Source: an uncultured Chloroflexia bacterium (lineage in GTDB: Bacteria; Chloroflexota; Ktedonobacteria; Ktedonobacterales; JADMIN01). From it: a stretch of DNA of 32,000 bases. The translations under genes were made by a program, and so were the position numbers. Position 1 is the first letter of the stretch; every line of letters begins with the position of its first letter. Under the pieces are notes generated by a model. The model ran no database searches. It was not told the origin of the DNA and saw nothing but the letters and a program-made list of their open reading frames with translations. The stretch lies in the NCBI GenBank assembly GCA_963718915.1, contig CAVRAI010000003.1, forward strand, positions 570,001 to 602,000. Direction: 5' to 3'. Of the stretch, positions 1 through 8,420 are shown in pieces.

Positions 1-603
1 GCGACCTGGCGGATCGCTATAACGCGATGGTGATGGTGGACGACTCGCATGCGGTGGGCTTCGTCGGCCCGACGGGGCGCGGCACGCCGGAGCTGCATGG
101 CGTCGTGGATCGCGTGGATATCATCACCGGCACGCTGGGCAAGGCGCTTGGCGGGGCGAGCGGCGGCTACACCAGCGGACGCGCGGAGATCGTCAGTCAT
201 GCTACGCCAGCGGTCGCGCCCGTATCTCTTCTCCAACACGGTGGCCCCGTCCATCGTCGCGGCCTCGCTCAAAACGCTGGAACTGCTCACGCAGTCGGAT
301 GATCTGCGGGCGAAACTGCGCACGAACACGAAGCTCTTCCGCGAGCGGATGACGGCGCTGGGCTTCGACATCCTGCCGGGCGACCATCCGATTGTGCCGG
401 TGATGCTCGGCGACGCGAAACGCGCGACGCAGTTGGCGGACCGCCTGCTGGAGAAGGGCATCTATGTGATCGCCTTCTCCTATCCGGTCGTGCCGCAGGG
501 CAAGGCGCGCATCCGCACCCAGGTCTCTGCGGCGCATACCGAGGCCGACCTGCTGGCGGCGGCGGACGCCTTCGCGGCGGCGCGCGACGAGTTGGGGCTG
601 TAG
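1..603 (+). pseudogene. kbl: 2-amino-3-ketobutyrate CoA ligase (glycine C-acetyltransferase), 5' end cut by window edge; reading frame breaks near 195-201
   Basis: Frame starting at nt 3 reads [64 protein letters not shown]. It then runs into nonsense ending at 302. The frame of ORF 49..603 resumes with [23 protein letters not shown]...PVMLGDA...[20 protein letters not shown]. Together these are collinear with E. coli Kbl as recalled from memory ([23 protein letters not shown] with the PLP lysine, [18 protein letters not shown]). Seven nt (agtcatg, 195-201) lie where six are expected. Confidence 0.85.
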
Positions 604-606
604 TTG

Positions 607-1590
607 ATGGCGCTAGGTCTGGCGGAGAAAGCGCTACTCTTGCAGTATGGGATCGACAACCAGCAAGCGTCGAGGCAGCCTGATAAAAGTAGCGGAGAGG
701 CGGCTGCGACCGAGATGGTCGCATACCATCGGGTGATCGGGGCGCTGCTCATGGATGCGCTGCTGAAGCGATACATCGGCCTGAAGCGCCCAGCGTTGTT
801 CGTCCTGTCTCGGCCTGCCTACCTTGTGCTGGTGATTGGGATGCTCCTCCTCTACGTGCCAATCTTTCTCGGCCCAGCAACAGCGTATTCTGTTACTTCG
901 GTCTATGGCGCCAGTGCGCTTCCCTTCTTTGGCGCAGTGGCGATTAGCCTGGGGTTCTTTGGCACAGCGGCGCTTACCTTCGGGCTCATTATCCTCTGGT
1001 TCATCATCATGTATCTCATCGTGTATCTCATCACTGGGCGGCTGTCCGTCGATGAGACCTTGCCGACTGACGATGCACTGTTGGTGGCGCTGCTCCGGCG
1101 GATGCGTGAGATCGGCCAGGCGAAGACCTGCCTCACATACTCCCGGCGTCTGAGGCGTTCTCGCGAACTCCGCGAACAGATCGCTACGACGCAGAAACGG
1201 TTGATCGACCAAGGTTACCTCGTCACGGCGGTGAGGCACGGTGACATCTGGGGCGGCGCACTGCTTGTCTACCGGATGAACCTCGATATGCCGGAATGCC
1301 AGGAGCTACGCGACCAATTCCGCGCCTTCCTGCTGACCGACCACGCCTGGAACGAACAGATCGCCGCTCTGGCGATTCTCTTCTCTCCAAGGATATTCGC
1401 GAGACGAATGAGTTCCCTGGGTGACTGGCAACAAGAGGGATGGGCCACGTTGTTTGCGTCAGCGGAGTATCCAGTCATCAAGGTCCGCCTCAAGGCCATC
1501 AAGGCGCAGCGCGACCAGACGATGCGGGCGCTGTGGGACACGACGGCCTATCAGGGACTGCTGACCATCCGCGATAGGTTCGCCGCGTGA
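607..1590 (+). CDS. membrane protein with GPP34/GOLPH3-like N- and C-terminal segments interrupted by about 3 TM helices (function unknown)
   Basis: ORF 604..1590; the first ATG is at 607, 3 nt after the kbl stop. The N-terminus (LAEKALLLQYG, VIGALLMDALLKRYIGL) and the segment after the TM block (GRLSVDETLPTDDALLVALLRRMREIG...QKRLIDQGYLV...NEQIAALAILFS) resemble the GPP34 helical pattern. A hydrophobic block (YLVLVIGMLLLYVPIFLG ... LIILWFIIMYLIVYLI) sits between them. The family call rests on pattern recognition only. Confidence 0.35.
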   Translation: MALGLAEKALLLQYGIDNQQASRQPDKSSGEAAATEMVAYHRVIGALLMDALLKRYIGLKRPALFVLSRPAYLVLVIGMLLLYVPIFLGPATAYSVTSVYGASALPFFGAVAISLGFFGTAALTFGLIILWFIIMYLIVYLITGRLSVDETLPTDDALLVALLRRMREIGQAKTCLTYSRRLRRSRELREQIATTQKRLIDQGYLVTAVRHGDIWGGALLVYRMNLDMPECQELRDQFRAFLLTDHAWNEQIAALAILFSPRIFARRMSSLGDWQQEGWATLFASAEYPVIKVRLKAIKAQRDQTMRALWDTTAYQGLLTIRDRFAA

Positions 1591-1705
1591 GAGCGCAATA
1601 GTCCCTCATCTCTCGTTGGGTTGCATACGAATATGACATGAGATGTCTTGATAGGCTGCCACACTCTATCTGTAGCGCTGGTGCGAGACAAGATGGAGGA
1701 ATGCA

Positions 1706-2566
1706 ATGAAGTATGGCCTTTCGCTTCCCAATGGCGGCGTCTGTGGCGATGCGCGTGTGCTGGCGGAACTCGGCTGTCTGGCGGAGGACGCGGGGTGGGA
1801 CGGCGTCTTCGTCGAAGACTATATCGTCCACCAGAGCGATGGCGCTGTGCCGACCTGTGATCCGTGGATCGCGCTAGCGGCGATGGCCGTCGGCACGCAG
1901 CGGGTCCGGCTGGGTACGTCGGTGACGCCACTCAATCGACGCCGACCGTGGAAGGTGGCGCGCGAGGCGGTCGCGCTGGATCAGTTGTCGAACGGGCGCT
2001 TCATTCTGGGCGTCGGCTCTGGCGATGTCGGTGAGGCGGGATTCAGCCGGGTCAACGAGGTGCGGGACGCGAAGGAGCGCGCGCGGATACTGGACGAGGC
2101 GCTGGATGTCATCGTCGGACTGTGGACTGGAGAACCGTTCAGCTACGACGGCCACTATTTTCAGGTCCACGAGATGACATTCCTGCCGACGCCGGTGCAG
2201 CAGCCGCGTATTCCGATTCTGGTGGGTGGCGGCTGGCCGCTCAAGGGGCCGTCGCTGCGGGCGGCGCGTTACGATGGCTGCTGTCTCTACAAGCAGCATA
2301 AGCCCGGCGAATTCGGCGATTGGACGCCCGATGAGGTGCGCGCGCTCAAAGCGTTCATCGAGAGCCATCGCAGCGAAGAAGAGCGTGGCAAGCCCTACGA
2401 GATCAAGCTGGGCGGACGCAGCCGCTCCGACGACTGGGAGCAGGACCGCGCCCTGATGCAAGCGCTGGCCGAGGCGGGCGTCACCTGGTGGGTGGAGTAT
2501 GTGCCCGCGGGTGAGCTTGACGAGATGCGCGCGAGTGTGCGGCGCGGGCCACTGCGTCTCTCGTAG
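1706..2566 (+). CDS. LLM-class (luciferase-like) flavin/F420-dependent oxidoreductase
   Basis: MKYGLSLPNGG...LAEDAGWDGVFVEDY...RVRLGTSVTPL..RRPW.VAREAVALDQLSNGRFILGVGSGD is a typical LLM TIM-barrel N-terminal pattern. A strong SD (GGAGGA) lies 5 nt before the ATG at 1706. Confidence 0.8.
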   Translation: MKYGLSLPNGGVCGDARVLAELGCLAEDAGWDGVFVEDYIVHQSDGAVPTCDPWIALAAMAVGTQRVRLGTSVTPLNRRRPWKVAREAVALDQLSNGRFILGVGSGDVGEAGFSRVNEVRDAKERARILDEALDVIVGLWTGEPFSYDGHYFQVHEMTFLPTPVQQPRIPILVGGGWPLKGPSLRAARYDGCCLYKQHKPGEFGDWTPDEVRALKAFIESHRSEEERGKPYEIKLGGRSRSDDWEQDRALMQALAEAGVTWWVEYVPAGELDEMRASVRRGPLRLS

Positions 2567-2594
2567 TCCGCAGGCGTTCATGGGGCAATGGGTA

Positions 2595-3803
2595 TCACTC
2601 GCCCAGCGCTATCGCTCCCGTGGATACCAGCGCATCGATCTCCTCCTGGGTGTAGCCCGCCTCGTGCAGAATGTCGGCGGTATCCGCGCCCAGCGCGGGC
2701 AGTCCCTGGCGCAGGGTGAATGGCGCATCGCTGACCACTGGCGTGTAGCGGAGCGCGTCGCCCTCGCCTTCCACGTCGCCATAGCTGCCGTGGGTCGTCA
2801 TGCCACGCGCGCGCAGTTGCGGATCGGCCAGCGCCTCAGTGATGGTGTTGACCGGGCCAACGCAGACATCGGCGTCCGCCAGCTCGTCCAGCCACTCGTC
2901 GCGCGTCTTCGTGCGAAAAATCGCCGCCAGCTCGGCAATTACCGCGTCGCGGTCGGCGGCGTCACGGGGGAACTGGCGCGCGACCAGATCGGGCCGCCCC
3001 AATCGCTGGCAGAGGTTCTCGAAGAACTTTGGCTCCAACGCGCCCACGGTGAGATAGCGGCCATCGCTGGTCTCGTAGATGTTGTAGCCCGGCAGCGCGC
3101 CGGTCAGTTCCGCCTCGCCCGGCCCCGGCTCCGGCGTGCCATTCAGCACGCGGGTGCCCAATATCGGCAGCAGCGAGAGCGCGCCGTCGGTCATCGAGAC
3201 ATCGACGTAGCGACCCTCGCCAGTTACGGCGCGGCCAACCAGCGCCGCCAGAATGCCTGTGGCAGCCATCAGCGAACCGCCCGCGATATCGGCGAACTGC
3301 GCGCCCGGTAGGACGGGTGGCTCCCCCGGACGCGCCAGATGCGCCAGCAGGCCCGCGTAGCCGATGTAGTTGAGGTCATGCCCGGCGCGCTGGCTATAGG
3401 GGCCGTCCTGGCCGTAGCCTGAGATGCTACAGACGACCAGCCGTGGATTGCGCGCGTGCAGCGTCGCGTAGTCCAGCCCGAGCCGCGCCATTACACCGGG
3501 GCGAAAGGTCTCCAGCAGCACATCGGCGCCGTCTACCAGCCGCAGCAGCGCCTCGCGTCCCTGTGGATGTTTCAGGTTGAGCGCAACGCTGCGCTTATCA
3601 CGATTGACTGCCAGAAACGCCTGGCCAACCGTTCGCGCGAATGGGGGCATCGTGCGCGCATAATCGCCGGAGCCTGGCTCCTCGATTTTGAGCACATCAG
3701 CGCCGAGGTCGGCGAGCATCTGAGTTGTGTAGCCGCCGGGCAGCAGACGCGAGAGGTCGAGCACGCGCACGCCCGCCAGCGGCGCTACGGGAATCTGGGA
3801 CAT
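2595..3803 (-). CDS. family III CoA-transferase (CaiB/BaiF; alpha-methylacyl-CoA racemase-like)
   Basis: From Met48 of ORF 2595..3944: MSQIPVAPLAGVRVLDLSRLLPGGYTTQMLADLGADVLKIEEPGSGDYAR, followed by LKHPQGREALLRLV..ADVLLETFRPGV..RLGLDY, hallmarks of CoA-transferase family III. The 47 codons upstream are Arg/Pro/Ser-rich and look non-coding, so the start is placed at 3803. Confidence 0.85.
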   Translation of the reverse strand: MSQIPVAPLAGVRVLDLSRLLPGGYTTQMLADLGADVLKIEEPGSGDYARTMPPFARTVGQAFLAVNRDKRSVALNLKHPQGREALLRLVDGADVLLETFRPGVMARLGLDYATLHARNPRLVVCSISGYGQDGPYSQRAGHDLNYIGYAGLLAHLARPGEPPVLPGAQFADIAGGSLMAATGILAALVGRAVTGEGRYVDVSMTDGALSLLPILGTRVLNGTPEPGPGEAELTGALPGYNIYETSDGRYLTVGALEPKFFENLCQRLGRPDLVARQFPRDAADRDAVIAELAAIFRTKTRDEWLDELADADVCVGPVNTITEALADPQLRARGMTTHGSYGDVEGEGDALRYTPVVSDAPFTLRQGLPALGADTADILHEAGYTQEEIDALVSTGAIALGE

Positions 3804-4043
3804 ATATGCGATCCTTCTTGGGGTTATCCTCGTCGTTGTCGCATCGCACCGGGAGGAGCGCGCCGGGGGTGAGCCAGCGCGCAAGAAAAGGGCCGGCAAC
3901 ATGGGTGTTGAGAGGTGCGATAAGACCAGAGCGCAGATCCACATTCCCGGCTGCGACCGTTATACCGGAAAGTCACACAAGCGTCAAGTACCCAAAATGG
4001 GACAGGTACCCCCAGCGGGCATAGACAATTCTGGCGCCTCACC

Positions 4044-4070
4044 TTGACGACTATGGCTGAGGTGTATACT
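4044..4070 (+). promoter_or_regulatory. candidate sigma70-type promoter (TTGACG-N15-TATACT) for the 4187 gene
   Basis: TTGACG at 4044-4049 and TATACT at 4065-4070 in an intergenic stretch. The spacer is 15 nt, which is short, so confidence is low. Confidence 0.3.
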
Positions 4071-4186
4071 ATTCTCGCTACGGGCCGGGGGCGCCGGGCT
4101 AGCTCGTTTTTGTCGGTGTCTCCATCTGGTGGCAGCGGTGTGGTGGGCCAAGGTTGCCCCAGGGACGCAGGGAGGATGCACCACGC

Positions 4187-5446
4187 ATGGAGAAAAAGAC
4201 CCGATCTTCCCGCAAAGATCCGGCGAGCTTTGGCAATGCGCGCAATCAGAGCCACACGCGCCACTCGCGCACACTGGCGGATGCCACCGACCCACGCACT
4301 CCCGTGCGGCGCCGCGATGACTTCGAGCCAGAGTATTCCGCACGCGACGAGCAGCCACCCTCGATGCCGCCGCACCTGACGCTCCCATCGATTCCCTCCA
4401 TGCCCGCCACCTCGCACGATGGCACGCGCCACCGTCCGTCACACAGTTTGATCGACCGCGTCTCGCATCGCCGCGGAAATCGGCAGTCATCCTGGGATGA
4501 GTATGCGCAAGATGGCGAGGACTGGTCCAACGCCGGGTATCCCAACGACGACAATAATGACTACGATACGGGGCGGAGCCGCGCTCAGTCGGTCGCGCGG
4601 CCACTGGCGACGATGTACATCGAAGCTCCGGTCGAGCAGGAAGAGTACCCGGGCGGCTCGCGGGCGCTCATGCCTCCTGATAGTGTGCCTGATCTGGTCG
4701 CATTCCGACCGCCCATGCCCGCGCAGCGCAAGCCCGTCTATACTCGCGCCATCGAGACGGCGCGGCGCAATCCCTGGTCGGTCTCGCGTATTGGTCTGGC
4801 GTTGATCGCGATCTGTGTGACACTGTTGCTTTCGATCACTGGCGTCGGCGAGCCATCACAGCCGCTGATGGCCTTTTACAACGCGCAGGCGGCGGGTGCG
4901 AACGCGCAGAATATCGCCACACTGGTGAAGCCACTGACACAGGGCAAGCTGGTGAATCAGTATGACTCAGCCGCGCAATATAACGCATACTGGGGAGCGG
5001 CCTGTAGCGCGGCAGTGCTGGCGGAAACGCTGAGCGCATGGGGCGTAAAAGGCGCTACCATTGGGCGCATGATCGATGAGCTTGGCTCGCAGATATCGCC
5101 ATATGGCGGCCTGCTCAGCTATAGCGGCTTTCAGAAAGTCGCCTCGCTGCACCAGATGCGGTCGGACTACCGTGATAATCTGAGCTATAAGCAGATGCTC
5201 TATATTACCAACACGCTGCATCTGCCGCTCATCGTCAACGTGCGCATTAGCTACGGCTTCTACCATTTCTTCTCCGGCGGCCACTTCCTGGTGATGACGG
5301 CGGGCGACAGTCAGGGGCTGCGGCTGGTAGACTCCTCGCTCTACTATGTCACCTACATGCCGCTCAGTGTCTTCAACAGCATGTTTACCGGACGTACCGT
5401 TCTGCTGCTGCCCAGCGACTATACCTATACCCTGCCTTCCAGCTAG
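4187..5446 (+). CDS. membrane-anchored papain-fold (peptidase C39-like) domain protein with a long charged/disordered N-terminal tail
   Basis: ORF 4154..5446. The first ATG is at 4187, with GGGAGGA about 11 nt upstream. There is one TM helix (IGLALIAICVTLLLSITGV). The C-terminal domain has Q...WGAACSAAVLAETL (candidate catalytic Cys), then GGHFLVMTAGD (candidate His) and LVDSS (Asp), the spacing pattern of C39_2-type peptidases. The N-terminal ~200 aa are low-complexity and the true start is uncertain. Confidence 0.5.
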   Translation: MEKKTRSSRKDPASFGNARNQSHTRHSRTLADATDPRTPVRRRDDFEPEYSARDEQPPSMPPHLTLPSIPSMPATSHDGTRHRPSHSLIDRVSHRRGNRQSSWDEYAQDGEDWSNAGYPNDDNNDYDTGRSRAQSVARPLATMYIEAPVEQEEYPGGSRALMPPDSVPDLVAFRPPMPAQRKPVYTRAIETARRNPWSVSRIGLALIAICVTLLLSITGVGEPSQPLMAFYNAQAAGANAQNIATLVKPLTQGKLVNQYDSAAQYNAYWGAACSAAVLAETLSAWGVKGATIGRMIDELGSQISPYGGLLSYSGFQKVASLHQMRSDYRDNLSYKQMLYITNTLHLPLIVNVRISYGFYHFFSGGHFLVMTAGDSQGLRLVDSSLYYVTYMPLSVFNSMFTGRTVLLLPSDYTYTLPSS

Positions 5447-5661
5447 CGGACGAGCGCGATCCACGCCTGACCCACGCCGACGGATGAACCGCCCGCAACA
5501 GCGGCGCGTTATCGGTCTCTCTCCCGGCGCCATTGTCCTGTTTTGCTGTCGCGCGCGCCGTCTCGGCGTGTATACTGCCCCTGGTATGATCCTGTCTGGG
5601 CGCGCCTATCGTCGTGTCCAGATACGACGGCATCTCCAGACGCAGTGGGGTAATCAGATAC

Positions 5662-6660
5662 ATGGTAGTGGACGACGAGACGCGGCAGATCATGTTCAGC
5701 GAGCTACGCCAGCGATTTGGAGCGGGCGTGGTTGGTCACGAGATGCTCTCGCGTCATGGCACCTTTGGTGTTGGCGGTCCAGCGGATGTCTGGCTGGCCA
5801 TCGAGCGAGAAGACATGCTCGTCGAACTGGCGGCGCTGGCCAACGACCGCCAGTGGCCGCTTATGCTCGTCGGCAATGGCACGAATGTTCTCTATGCCGA
5901 CGCGGGCGCGCGTGGCATCGTCGCCCGCATGCACAGCGCCGCCTGGCGCCTCGACGAGGTGGATGGCGAGCATACACTGCTCATCGCCGATGGCGGCGTT
6001 GATCTGCCAAAACTGGTCAATGCGCTGGCGGTCCAGGGGCTTGCCGGGCTGGAATGGGGCGCGGGTGTGCCTGGCACCGTCGGCGGCGCGGTGGTGAGCA
6101 ACGCGGGCGCCAATGGGTCATGCGTCGCCGATACGCTGAAGACGGCGCGCGTGCTCTTCACCGGCGAAGGTGTTGTACGCGAACTGCCTGCCGAGGAGTT
6201 GCGCCTTGCCTACCGTCACAGCCGCTTCCGGGCGGGACGGCGGATTGCGTTTGGCGACGATGGGCAGCCGGTGGCCGCGCCACGGGCATTGATCGAGCCA
6301 GCCGAGATGATTACCGGGGCGACGTTTCTGCTGACCCGCGACGATCCCGTCGCCGTCCGCGCGCGCGTCCAGCATCATCTGCGCTATCGCAAAGAGACTC
6401 AGCCGACACAGAAGAGCGCTGGCTCCGTCTTCAAGAACCCATTGCCCGAGTTTTCTGGTAGACTGATCGAGGCGGCTGGCCTGAAAGGTTACATGATCGG
6501 CAAGGCGCAAATCTCGCCCCGACACGCCAACTTCATCGTCAACGCGGGCGGCGCGACGGCGGCGGATGTTGTCGCGCTGATCGCGCTGGCCCGGCGCACG
6601 GTACGCGAGCAGTTTGATATCGAGCTTGAACTGGAAGTGGAGCTGCGCGGCGACTGGTAG
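5662..6660 (+). CDS. murB: UDP-N-acetylenolpyruvoylglucosamine reductase
   Basis: LSRHGTFGVGGPADVWLAIE...LMLVGNGTNVLYADAGARGIVARM (FAD-binding PCMH domain), then LAYRHSRF, SAGSVFKNP, GKAQISPRHANFIVN and a C-terminal LELEVEL. Collinear with MurB. The start could be 5614 (GTG), 5662 or 5692. Confidence 0.9.
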   Translation: MVVDDETRQIMFSELRQRFGAGVVGHEMLSRHGTFGVGGPADVWLAIEREDMLVELAALANDRQWPLMLVGNGTNVLYADAGARGIVARMHSAAWRLDEVDGEHTLLIADGGVDLPKLVNALAVQGLAGLEWGAGVPGTVGGAVVSNAGANGSCVADTLKTARVLFTGEGVVRELPAEELRLAYRHSRFRAGRRIAFGDDGQPVAAPRALIEPAEMITGATFLLTRDDPVAVRARVQHHLRYRKETQPTQKSAGSVFKNPLPEFSGRLIEAAGLKGYMIGKAQISPRHANFIVNAGGATAADVVALIALARRTVREQFDIELELEVELRGDW

Positions 6661-6690
6661 CGTTAGCTTGCCACTGGCCGCATGTCGATT

Positions 6691-6727
6691 GGAGATGGTT
6701 CGGAGATGGTTCGGAGATGGTTCGGAG
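6691..6727 (+). repeat. 11-bp tandem repeat GGAGATGGTTC x3.4 in the murB / next-gene spacer
   Basis: Read directly: ggagatggttc (6691-6701), ggagatggttc (6702-6712), ggagatggttc (6713-6723), then ggag... merging into the GGAGGG Shine-Dalgarno of the 6735 gene. Confidence 0.9.
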
Positions 6728-6734
6728 GGAAGCT

Positions 6735-7445
6735 ATGGCGAGTGCGCGGGTAGAGGCGCCATCGGTGGAGATGTCATTGCAGGCATTGCGTCGCCCGCTT
6801 GCCGATGGCGGGATGGCTGCTCCAGCGCTAGATGACGCGCTGGATCTGGTGCGAAGGGTTGGCGATGAGCCAGCGTATGCCACGCGCGTGCGTCAGGTAC
6901 TCGCACAGCCAGCTGGACTGGCGCAAGTGATTTTGGCTGCGGCGCCTCGTGTCGCTTCGGCGTGGGCGATAGCTGGGCTGATGGTGCTGACGGCGCTGGC
7001 CGGCCCGCTGCTCGCCTATGCTATCTTTGAAACGTCGTCGCAGACGGCGACCGCCATCGGCGATCCGTTCCAGGTGTACGCCGCGCAGCTTCCGGGCTGG
7101 GCTGGGCTGGCGGCGGGCATCGTCGGGACGGCGCTGTTGATCGTCTTTCTGCTGACGGTGACACGCTATCAGCGTCCCACGTTGCTCGGCCTGTTTGGTG
7201 GGCTGGCGGGTGGGATCGTCGAGGTCATAGCGGCGGTGCTGCCGTGGGTGGGCATCGTCGGGGCGAAGACGACCTGCGTGGCAGGCTCCGGCTGTACCGT
7301 TCAGGCGGGCGTTCCCGAACAAATTGGCCTTGTTGCCGCTCTCTGCTTCGCCATCCCTTTCGTGCTGGCGGTGACGGGCGTCTCAGGCACGCTGGCGCTG
7401 TGGCTTCAGCGGCGGCGCCTGCTGGCCGCGATTCGTAGCGCATAG
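6735..7445 (+). CDS. hypothetical integral membrane protein (about 4 TM helices)
   Basis: ORF 6717..7445. The ATG at 6735 is preceded by GGAGGG at a 5-nt spacing. Hydrophobic helices include AWAIAGLMVLTALAGPLLAYAI, LAAGIVGTALLIVFLLTV, LLGLFGGLAGGIVEVIAAVL and LVAALCFAIPFVLAVTGV. No family recognised. Confidence 0.55.
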   Translation: MASARVEAPSVEMSLQALRRPLADGGMAAPALDDALDLVRRVGDEPAYATRVRQVLAQPAGLAQVILAAAPRVASAWAIAGLMVLTALAGPLLAYAIFETSSQTATAIGDPFQVYAAQLPGWAGLAAGIVGTALLIVFLLTVTRYQRPTLLGLFGGLAGGIVEVIAAVLPWVGIVGAKTTCVAGSGCTVQAGVPEQIGLVAALCFAIPFVLAVTGVSGTLALWLQRRRLLAAIRSA

Positions 7446-7601
7446 CTCTCGTCGCAACGCCTGGAACGTTGCGCGCGTACGTAATGCAGACAGCGGAATC
7501 AGTCGAAACCAGCGCAGTCATGTAGATGCTGGATGTTGGCTATCAACGCAGCGTGGCAGATGCAACCCCTGTCACGCCTTGCGCGAGGAGGAATACGCGC
7601 C

Positions 7602-8333
7602 ATGCAGATGCAACCGTCGCAATCACCGCAACCATCGGCAACGCCTCAGCAGGAGGCCATGCGCGTGCTCCGCGAGCGTTACGAGCGCGGGGAAATCGCG
7701 TTCGAGACGTTCCAGCGCGGGCTTGATGCCCTCTTGCTTGCGCGGGATGCGGACGAGTGTCAGGCCATCATGAACGGCCTGCCGCAGTTGCCCACCAGTA
7801 AGGTCGATCAACTCGATGCCCTTTCGTCGCGGCCATCATCTTCCCCCGCGCCGTTCCGCCAGAGCGGACAGCCCCGCAGGCTGCTCGCATTCTTCAGCCA
7901 GGTGAAGCGCATGAATCACGCCTGGCGGCTGGATCCCAATACAACTGGCGGCGCGGTCTTCGGTCAGATGGATCTGGACCTCAATCTCGCGGCGCTCCCT
8001 TCACATGTCACCATGACGCTCTCTGCCGTCTTTGGCCAGGTCACCATCTACGTCCCCGCGACAGCGCAGGTGCGGGTGCGGGCCAGCGCATTGATGGGCG
8101 AGGTGAACATCTTCGGCGAGAGTTCGGGTGGCATCTTCGTCAGCGACGAGTCAACGTCCGAAAGCTCGACGCCCGGTCATCCTGAGACGACGATTGACCT
8201 CGACGTGCGGGCAGTCTTTGGCGAGGTGAAGGTCATCCACGGCGAGAATCCGTCGCTCTTCAAGAAGCTTGGCGCCATCGTGCGGCGCATGATCGCGGAG
8301 CCGGAGCCGGGCAGACTCTCGAATCCATCGTGA
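7602..8333 (+). CDS. SHOCT-like N-terminal motif plus LiaF-C/DUF2154-like beta-rich C-terminal domain protein
   Basis: ATG at 7602 with GAGGAGG 10 nt upstream. LRERYERGEIAFETFQRGLDALL matches the SHOCT motif pattern. The C-terminus (GGAVFGQMDLDLNLAALPSHVTMTLSAVFGQVTIYVPATAQVRVRASALMGEVNIFGE...VRAVFGEVKVI) has the repetitive GxVxI pattern seen in the LiaF C-terminal domain. Confidence 0.5.
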   Translation: MQMQPSQSPQPSATPQQEAMRVLRERYERGEIAFETFQRGLDALLLARDADECQAIMNGLPQLPTSKVDQLDALSSRPSSSPAPFRQSGQPRRLLAFFSQVKRMNHAWRLDPNTTGGAVFGQMDLDLNLAALPSHVTMTLSAVFGQVTIYVPATAQVRVRASALMGEVNIFGESSGGIFVSDESTSESSTPGHPETTIDLDVRAVFGEVKVIHGENPSLFKKLGAIVRRMIAEPEPGRLSNPS

Positions 8334-8420
8334 GCGAATTGAGAGGGTGACAGGGTGAACTTCGCGGCGCAGTATCGTTCTACATGTTAGGGGACGTGTG
8401 AGACTGGCTGGCGGCTGAAG

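Noticed and set aside
2499-3311. 270-aa plus-strand ORF antisense to the CoA-transferase gene (and 1874..2581 on the minus strand, antisense to the LLM oxidoreductase)
   Set aside because: The opposite frames carry unmistakable family motifs. These are high-GC shadow ORFs rich in Arg and Ala.
3824-4604. Minus-strand ORFs 3824..4432 and 3984..4604 (~200 aa each), and plus-strand 4044..4379
   Set aside because: They overlap one another, the intergenic region and the C39-like gene. They are Arg/Cys/His-rich with no RBS and no recognisable domains.
6691-6727. CRISPR-like array check (this repeat, the 16403 repeats, the 12013 cluster, the 24322 duplication)
   Set aside because: The repeats are 10-15 bp and contiguous or hairpin-type, with no unique spacers of 25-40 bp, and no cas genes are present (the Cas4-like domain is part of a helicase fusion). 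None of them is a CRISPR array.
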